The notes below the pieces were generated by a model that saw only the letters and a list, made by a program, of their open reading frames with translations, made no database searches and was not told where the DNA came from. From NCBI GenBank assembly GCA_903844845.1, contig CAIMVG010000008.1:12672-76671 (forward strand): 64,000 nucleotides of DNA, read 5' to 3'. Source of the stretch: an uncultured Dehalococcoidia bacterium. Lineage in GTDB: Bacteria; Chloroflexota; Dehalococcoidia; Dehalococcoidales; UBA1222. Each line of letters starts with the position of its first letter. Position 1 is the stretch's first letter. Position numbers and translations under genes: made by a program. Of this stretch, positions 8,336-14,364 are shown in pieces.

Positions 8336-8773
8336 ATGTTGGCTTTTATAGCGACTTTGGTGATAGGTTTGGTTCTGGGATATCTCGGGCAAAGGTCTCG
8401 TTTTTGCGCAGTAAGCGGTTTCCGGGATTGGTTTTTAATCCGTGATACTCGCCTGCTTAAAGGATATGGGGCGCTTTTAGCCGGCGGAGTGCTAGGGTAT
8501 GCATTTTTTAAACTTATAGGCGGGAAAATACTCAATTACCCCCTTGGAATGGATATAGGTACCGCAGGGGGAGCCGCAGTAATCGCCATTGCCGCAATCG
8601 GGATGGCATATTTTTCTACGCTGGCTGATGGCTGTCCATTCAGGCAACATGTAGCAGCAGCAACAGGCAGTACAACCAGCCTTTTATATTTGCTGGGTTT
8701 TTACACAGGCATAGTCTACTTTTTCCTGGTGACTACAAATATAGTGAGCATTATCTCGAAGTTAATAACCTGA
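8336..8773 (+). CDS. YeeE/YedE-family sulfur/selenium transport protein, C-terminal half
   Basis: RSRFCAVSGF and ADGCPFRQ motifs typical of the YeeE/YedE sulphur-transport domain. Polytopic. Confidence 0.75.
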   Translation: MLAFIATLVIGLVLGYLGQRSRFCAVSGFRDWFLIRDTRLLKGYGALLAGGVLGYAFFKLIGGKILNYPLGMDIGTAGGAAVIAIAAIGMAYFSTLADGCPFRQHVAAATGSTTSLLYLLGFYTGIVYFFLVTTNIVSIISKLIT

Positions 8774-8937
8774 CAATTTTACCCTGTAAATGCAATATCC
8801 AAAAGCGTTGACCGGGCTATTTAGCAGGTCAAGCGAGTTTAAACTACAAGGAAAAGGGCATCCCATTGAGGCCGGCGGCGATCCAGCCGCCATGAGGCAT
8901 TGTGGAAAGAATGCGCCAGGATGCGGCGGACCCTGCG

Positions 8938-10329
8938 TTATTCCCAGCCGAACGGCGGGAGATCCAGGTCCCAGAATTCATCAGGGTTTTTATTCAGGCC
9001 ATTTCCCATCAAGCCATCTAACATTTTGACAGCTTTGTCGAGAGACGGTGCGGTCGCGATTGCATTATTCAAGATATTCCTGAAAATGGTCCCGTTTATA
9101 CCCCGGGAAAGCGGGCAAACTGCGAAACAGGTACTACAGCCCTCGGAATAGCCCATGATCTTTATATTGGTTAAACACGCTGCTTCATCGCGATGCCAGC
9201 TCTTGATGCCTGTTTGCTGATAATCCCCCCGGATATTCCACGATGTTTCCGTGTCTTTGGGAATCGCCCCAGACGGGCAATGATCGGCGCATTTCTTACA
9301 TATGCGGCAAAAACGCATGACTCCGAAATCAACCGGTTTACCCGGAGCGAGCGGGAGGTCGGTGATAAGTTTGAACACCCTCTGTCTGACTCCATACACA
9401 GGGGTCACCATGTGCATCGTTCGGCTATGCTCTCCAAGTCCGGCCATAATACCGAACCCAACAGAGGAACCGAGGGAGTCATAAGGATTGGCTTCTCCCA
9501 AACCCATATAACCAAGCCCCCGAAGAAAAAGTTGCAACTGGCCCTGGATGATGCTTTTAAGGTTATATGCATTTTCGGTCGGCGCCATAATCATCTGCGT
9601 GGGGGCGCTTTGTACTAGCTGATCGGCCATGCGTATCGTGTAGACTATTACCCATCGTGCCTTCCTGGGTATGATCCGTTCGGTTTTTGTTTCCGACGCC
9701 TGTGTCGCATCCGAGAAGGTCAGCTTCAAGCCCTGCGACGCGCCGGTGCCTGTGTCATACGAATATACCAGCTTTTCCGTGGTAAGCGAGTCAAGTTCCA
9801 CGAAACCGACTTCGGCCGCCCCGTGAAAACGCATAAAAGCGCGAATCATCCTGGCGTTTTCCTCCGGTTTTCCTTCGTAGACGGGGACTCCGAGGTCCCC
9901 TGGTGTCTGGTTTGTCGTTGGCCCGATGAAGCTGGTCGGCGCGAAGTATGTCGCATTGACGAAAGCATCGTCTTTCAGAGTATAGCCAGGCGTATTTGCC
10001 TTGAGACGACTTAACCGGTTGTTTCTCTGGGCCTCCATGACGTGGAGATATTGTGAAGTTCCCAGGGCTTTCTGCAGGCCGCTGGCCCAGACTACCTTGC
10101 TGTAGTCGAAGCGGTTCATTGCAGTCCAGTCAATATCTACCGTCGGCTTTTCTACCTCTCGTATATAAGAGGGCCGCATGGAAACAGCCGCCGGGGATGC
10201 CATGATTTCGTCAAGGTCATGTACCGCCCGGGCAGGGAAAAGCACCGGCGCAGCACCGCATGCCAATGCTCCCAAACCGAGCGATTTGAGGAAATCCCGT
10301 CTGCTGATGCTCGAATGGTATTTATTCAA
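8938..10329 (-). CDS. rdhA: Reductive dehalogenase homologue, catalytic subunit (RdhA)
   Basis: Twin-arginine signal SRRDFLKSLGLGALACGA. C-terminal Fe-S motifs CRICKKCADHCP and CSTCFAVCP. 463 aa. Confidence 0.85.
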   Translation of the reverse strand: MNKYHSSISRRDFLKSLGLGALACGAAPVLFPARAVHDLDEIMASPAAVSMRPSYIREVEKPTVDIDWTAMNRFDYSKVVWASGLQKALGTSQYLHVMEAQRNNRLSRLKANTPGYTLKDDAFVNATYFAPTSFIGPTTNQTPGDLGVPVYEGKPEENARMIRAFMRFHGAAEVGFVELDSLTTEKLVYSYDTGTGASQGLKLTFSDATQASETKTERIIPRKARWVIVYTIRMADQLVQSAPTQMIMAPTENAYNLKSIIQGQLQLFLRGLGYMGLGEANPYDSLGSSVGFGIMAGLGEHSRTMHMVTPVYGVRQRVFKLITDLPLAPGKPVDFGVMRFCRICKKCADHCPSGAIPKDTETSWNIRGDYQQTGIKSWHRDEAACLTNIKIMGYSEGCSTCFAVCPLSRGINGTIFRNILNNAIATAPSLDKAVKMLDGLMGNGLNKNPDEFWDLDLPPFGWE

Positions 10330-10416
10330 GTTTATTCCGCCGGTCCTGTATTATCGCAGATTATCGGTCTTACGTCCCCTTTCAGATGCTTATCGAGGTT
10401 TGACTAACGACCTAAG

Positions 10417-10439
10417 TATATATTAGTATATATGCATAT
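10417..10439 (-). promoter_or_regulatory. AT-rich promoter block containing the palindrome ATATGCATAT, upstream of rdhA
   Basis: Gene-strand ATATGCATATATACTAATATATA follows TTGAAA. Near-identical block at 12993-13016 upstream of the FTR-like gene. Confidence 0.4.
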
Positions 10440-10641
10440 TTCAATATTAAATCCGAAAAATACCTCAGTTGCGGAGGGGGCTCCCTTCAAAACAAGGAGA
10501 CCATTAGTGCGAGCAATTTACAATATGCCGCTGATCAGTTAAAGGCGCAGGTAAGTACGCCCTATGTATATTTGACCAGCTTAGTTGAAACTTCCAATCG
10601 TCGCTGGATAGAATGTGGAATCAGAATCAAGAGAGAGAATT

Positions 10642-11238
10642 ATGCAATTTCGAAAATTTTTCACGGTAGTAGTTATAATGCTTGCAACTGTTTTAACAAG
10701 TGAGGCTTGCGGTGCGAATACTTCCATTGCCCCCACTACGCCCCAACCGACCGCCAAAACCGGTACGACGACATCAATTACTACAAAATCCGCTTCGCCT
10801 TCGACTCTTTCAGAAACAGTGGCGAATGTGACTCCGGTCCCGTCCAGTTCCGAACCCATCCCAACTGCCACCCCCTCGACAACACCGCCGGTTTCATCAA
10901 TCGAATTTTCAACTTACTCCACGCTTTCGACCAAGGGCACGACAGTCTATTACAACTACTGCGCACCTTGCCATGGGAGCACAGGGCAGGGAGCGAACGG
11001 GCCGGCCCTATGGAAGCCCGGCGGCACCCTGGGGCGAAGCGACAACGCGGTCTTCTTCGCCAATAACGCGGCGGACATGCTGGATTTTATTTCATATTTC
11101 ATGCCGCTGTATGCCCCGGGCAGCCTGTCGCGCAGTGATTACATCAATGTGACTTGTTTTCTTTTGATTCAATCTGCGGATGTTCAGCCGATGGACACAT
11201 TTGTCGAGAACCAGCTGAAAAATATCATTTTAAAATAA
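10642..11238 (+). CDS. Monohaem c-type cytochrome lipoprotein
   Basis: Signal peptide with lipobox LTSEAC. Thr/Pro-rich linker. Haem motif CAPCH with a Met ligand candidate (YFMPLY). ATG at 10642 after GAGAGAG (listed ORF starts at 10615). Confidence 0.8.
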   Translation: MQFRKFFTVVVIMLATVLTSEACGANTSIAPTTPQPTAKTGTTTSITTKSASPSTLSETVANVTPVPSSSEPIPTATPSTTPPVSSIEFSTYSTLSTKGTTVYYNYCAPCHGSTGQGANGPALWKPGGTLGRSDNAVFFANNAADMLDFISYFMPLYAPGSLSRSDYINVTCFLLIQSADVQPMDTFVENQLKNIILK

Positions 11239-11318
11239 TTGATGCATGTGATTTAATCGGCCGGCAATATGAGCACGTCTTTCAACGCTTTGCTGTAACT
11301 GAGGATTCTACTTCAAGG

Positions 11319-11945
11319 TTATACCATTTTAGGGGGTAACGTCTTCCGGGCTAGAATCAAAGTGATATTTCCATCTGAAACTAGCGTGGATTTCAGCATA
11401 GTCAATCCGTTTTTATCCAATATACGCATCAACCCTCCGTTGTTCAAAAAACCTTTGAAATTACGGAAATGCGCGACTCCGGCTATTCGCTCAATGATAC
11501 GGATTAGGAAACCAGTCAGCCTTCGAGGTAAGGGGACGCTGTAATCCATGAAAACAAGAAATCCATCCGGGCAAGTTACTCGTTTCATCTCGCTTACAAT
11601 CGCATCCACCAACGTCAACTCCTTATCATGCAAGGCCAGGGAGACAGAGGTGAAATCGAAGCTAGCGTCATCAAAGGGCATATGGGATGCGTCCCCTAAT
11701 ATGAATGTTTCCGAGGCCGCATCAGAATGTGCATAATATCGACGCGCTAAGTCGAGCATATGCGGATCGATGTCCACTCCAATGGCTATGATCCCTTTGC
11801 GGAGGTATTCATATACTTGCGCCCCGGTGCCGCAGCACACGTCCAGCACGCGATCATCAGGACGCATCCCACCGAACTCCGGCAGAAGTTTTCGCGCATC
11901 CCTTAGAATCGGATCTATTATGGTGGCGTAGTTGATGTGTAACAA
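11319..11945 (-). CDS. Class I SAM-dependent methyltransferase
   Basis: Motif I VLDVCCGTGAQ. UbiE/Methyltransf_11-like length. Confidence 0.85.
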   Translation of the reverse strand: MLHINYATIIDPILRDARKLLPEFGGMRPDDRVLDVCCGTGAQVYEYLRKGIIAIGVDIDPHMLDLARRYYAHSDAASETFILGDASHMPFDDASFDFTSVSLALHDKELTLVDAIVSEMKRVTCPDGFLVFMDYSVPLPRRLTGFLIRIIERIAGVAHFRNFKGFLNNGGLMRILDKNGLTMLKSTLVSDGNITLILARKTLPPKMV

Positions 11946-12051
11946 TCTAGCTTCTTACACTATACGTTATCCAATTACAGATCGAAGGGGTTTGCGAAGG
12001 CTCGATGTCTAGCGTTTCAAATATATCCACCATTCCCCCCTACCTATCATG

Positions 12052-12204
12052 TTATTTCCCGTACTGTTTCATGGTTATATCATCTTTGGCCCATCCCGTA
12101 TCTACCAGCACCAGCAGTGATTCTCCAGGATGTTGTCTCATAGCTTTTTGAGTCCTGACGATTGGAATGCCCCTGGAATAGCCCCTGACATTTACCTCTA
12201 ACAT
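12052..12204 (-). CDS. Small TusA/SirA-like ORF (50 aa) lacking the catalytic Cys
   Basis: Not in the ORF track because it is under 60 aa. GGAGG sits 6 nt before the ATG. VNVRGYSRGIPIVRTQKAMRQHPGESLLVLVD aligns with TusA [33 protein letters not shown], with CP replaced by RG. C-terminally short. Confidence 0.35.
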   Translation of the reverse strand: MLEVNVRGYSRGIPIVRTQKAMRQHPGESLLVLVDTGWAKDDITMKQYGK

Positions 12205-12298
12205 GTTAAGCCTCCGAAGTTATGCAGATACCAAAATATTTAAAATCAAGTAAATTAAATGTGCAATTGATGCGCGTCAACGACGCGCTAATCCGCTA

Positions 12299-12946
12299 TC
12301 AAGCTGTGGCCCTTGGAATTAATTCGACATGCCAGGTGTCACCCACCTTGGAACTACGAAAATTTAGCCCCTGTTTTCCGGCGAACTTACCGAGGTTTTC
12401 AACTTCAACATTGGTTTCTACTATCACTTCAAGCGTTTGGCCTCTCGCTTTGTTCAAGGCACGTTTGACCTGGTGTAGACTGTCCGGTACCGGCAGTCCT
12501 CGCGCCGGATCGATATGGGCACCGCGGGTATCCAGTATCCCGTTTTCCAGGTTGAGCGGGGTTCCCCGATATTCTTGCATCAGGCGTGTTTCGCCTTCCT
12601 TGAACCCCTCATCGGTTAAATCTCCTCTACCGAACAGCACACAATGGCATGAGCCGTGCTTTTGAATATCCTCTTGGGCAAATTTACAAGGGCACAGCAG
12701 CCGTTTATTTACCTCGGCATTTTCGCCAGGCTCGAAGCATGGGCAATAGCGTTTGCCAAACATACTTTCACTTTCTGCGATCCATATCTTCAGGTTGGTA
12801 TAAAACATCCAGTGCGGGTTTACCTTTAACCCTTTGGTAGCTGCATATTTCTTTATCCACACATCATGTTTCTTGATTTCCTTATGGTAGTCAATGTATC
12901 CGGAAAAGAACTCTTTCATCATGGGTGCCATTTCTTTTAATTTCAA
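12299..12946 (-). CDS. Ferredoxin:thioredoxin reductase catalytic-subunit-like protein fused to a Cys-less TusA-like domain
   Basis: CPC...CPC...CHC triad (RYCPCF, LLCPCKF, GSCHCVLF). C-terminal GLPVPDSLHQVKRAL...TLEVIVE resembles TusA without the CP cysteine. TTG start 7 nt after GGAGGAG. Confidence 0.75.
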   Translation of the reverse strand: MKLKEMAPMMKEFFSGYIDYHKEIKKHDVWIKKYAATKGLKVNPHWMFYTNLKIWIAESESMFGKRYCPCFEPGENAEVNKRLLCPCKFAQEDIQKHGSCHCVLFGRGDLTDEGFKEGETRLMQEYRGTPLNLENGILDTRGAHIDPARGLPVPDSLHQVKRALNKARGQTLEVIVETNVEVENLGKFAGKQGLNFRSSKVGDTWHVELIPRATA

Positions 12947-12992
12947 AGTTGTTCTCCTCCTAGATGTTTATCAAGCCCGACCAGATACTTAT

Positions 12993-13016
12993 TATATATT
13001 TAGAATATATGCATAT
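12993..13016 (-). promoter_or_regulatory. AT-rich promoter block containing the palindrome ATATGCATAT, upstream of the FTR-like gene
   Basis: Gene-strand ATATGCATATATTCTAAATATATA. One mismatch and one 1-nt indel over about 24 nt versus 10417-10439. Confidence 0.4.
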
Positions 13017-13108
13017 ATGAGTCATGTTGGCTCATGTCGAAAACAGTAGAGATTTGGTTAACGGGAATTTTCATTTCTCTTTTTATACGTAAACGATATT
13101 CCCCTTTA

Positions 13109-13627
13109 TCACTTTATCTTGTTCAGTGCGTTCTGAAGCTCGTTCTGAGTTTGGAACGCGCCGCGTCCGATGTACTGGATAATCCCATCTCGGTTGATGA
13201 AAATAGCAGTGGGGATGGCAGAGACGCCATATTCCAGCGCCACCGAGGAAGCGGTGTCCAACAGAACAGGCACGTCATATTTGTGGGACTGCATAAAAGC
13301 CGAAATGACCTTACTCGAATCATTAATACCAACGGTGAGTATAACTACCCCATCGGCTTTGGATGCTTCCTGATCGTATGCGGTTTGAATAAGGGGAAAC
13401 TCCCCTATGCAGTACCCTCACGTTGTGGACCAGAAGTTTATCATTACGGGTTGCCCGAGCAGGGCTGATAGCGTTAGCGTGTTTCCATCCAAATCCTTGA
13501 GCGTGAAATCGCTGGCCTTGTTGCCAACGCGGTTTCCGAATTCCGTGCTGCTTCCTGTGGTGGCACACCCCGGAATAAGCGAAATTAAAATCGATACTCC
13601 TATCAATGCAGCAACTATTTTTCTCAT
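13109..13627 (-). CDS. ResA/TlpA-family thiol:disulfide oxidoreductase lipoprotein with predicted selenocysteine (UxxC)
   Basis: ORFs 13418-13627 and 13109-13294 share one frame, and the 123 nt between them are open. The only interruption is TGA at 13418-13420 (complement). Read-through gives INFWSTT-U-GYCIGEFP, aligning with ResA NFWGTWCEPCKKEFP. Lipobox LIPGC. Lies 7 nt downstream of ccdA. Confidence 0.8.
13388..13408 (-). other. SECIS-like hairpin downstream of the in-frame UGA
   Basis: RNA: UGA-GGGUACUGC-AUAGGGG-AGUUU-CCCCU(U)AU. The apical loop begins 16 nt after the UGA and has G at loop position 2. Confidence 0.5.
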
Positions 13628-13634
13628 TATTATC

Positions 13635-14324
13635 CTAACCTTTCAGGTAGAGGAAGCTGAGCTTGCCGAGTGATATTAGTACCCCAGCAACCACCAGCAA
13701 CCCTCCACTGCCAAAATAAATCCAGCGGCTATAGCGGCCGATGCGTTTTAGCATGGGTGTTAATCTGCTGAAAAATGCTCCTATCAATAAAAATGGCAGC
13801 CCCATTCCCAAGGAATAGGCCGCGAGGAGCAAAGCTCCTCGCCCTGCCGTACTGGAATTTAAGGCCAGGGTAAGCACGCTGCCCAGTAAGGGGCTCAGGC
13901 ATGGTGTCCAGGCCACGGTGAAAGCTGCTCCTACAATGAAAGAACGGATATAACCGCTCCTACGGCCCGTTTCCGGTGAAAGGCGTTTTTCGAAATTGAG
14001 CCACGGGATAAAACCAGCTCCCAGCATGAAAAGCCCAAAGAAGATTAACAGACCTCCAGATATCTTCTTCACCACCGCTGAATTTGGATTGATGCTAATG
14101 CCAGCCAGCCCAGCCAATGCGCCTGTTAAAGTGAACACCAGGCTCATTCCGACAACGAAACTGAGGGCGTGTAAGAAGAGAGGCCAGCGGCTTTCATCTT
14201 TCCTCTCCAAAACGTCGGGGCCGGCCAGACTGGCGAGGTATATCGGCACCATGGGGAGAACGCAAGGCGTTATAAAAGAGGCAATGCCTGCAGCGAATGC
14301 GGCCCAGACGGTGATGTTATCCAT
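13635..14324 (-). CDS. ccdA: Cytochrome c biogenesis / thiol-reductant transfer protein CcdA (DsbD family)
   Basis: Six-TM protein with the two conserved Cys in TPCVLPMVP and TPCLSPLL. Confidence 0.9.
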   Translation of the reverse strand: MDNITVWAAFAAGIASFITPCVLPMVPIYLASLAGPDVLERKDESRWPLFLHALSFVVGMSLVFTLTGALAGLAGISINPNSAVVKKISGGLLIFFGLFMLGAGFIPWLNFEKRLSPETGRRSGYIRSFIVGAAFTVAWTPCLSPLLGSVLTLALNSSTAGRGALLLAAYSLGMGLPFLLIGAFFSRLTPMLKRIGRYSRWIYFGSGGLLVVAGVLISLGKLSFLYLKG

Positions 14325-14364
14325 CTATGCAATATCCCAACGAAACACTGTTTTTAGTCTGCAT

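Noticed and set aside
8774-8937. Searched for an rdhB membrane-anchor gene next to rdhA, in this gap and in 10330-10614.
   Set aside because: Neither gap contains a hydrophobic ORF of suitable size. ORFs 8790-9029 and 8900-9151 overlap the rdhA 3' end on the opposite strand and look non-coding.
13109-13627. Reading the split TlpA/ResA gene as a frameshifted or nonsense pseudogene.
   Set aside because: Both halves and the linker lie in one frame. The only defect is a single TGA exactly at the CxxC nucleophilic Cys, followed by a SECIS-like hairpin. Selenocysteine is the simpler explanation, though unproven.
13034-13673. Plus-strand ORFs 13034-13468, 13170-13373 and 13407-13673, and minus-strand off-frame ORFs 13123-13332 and 13323-13568.
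   Set aside because: All overlap the well-supported TlpA-like reading frame. None has recognisable motifs or an RBS.
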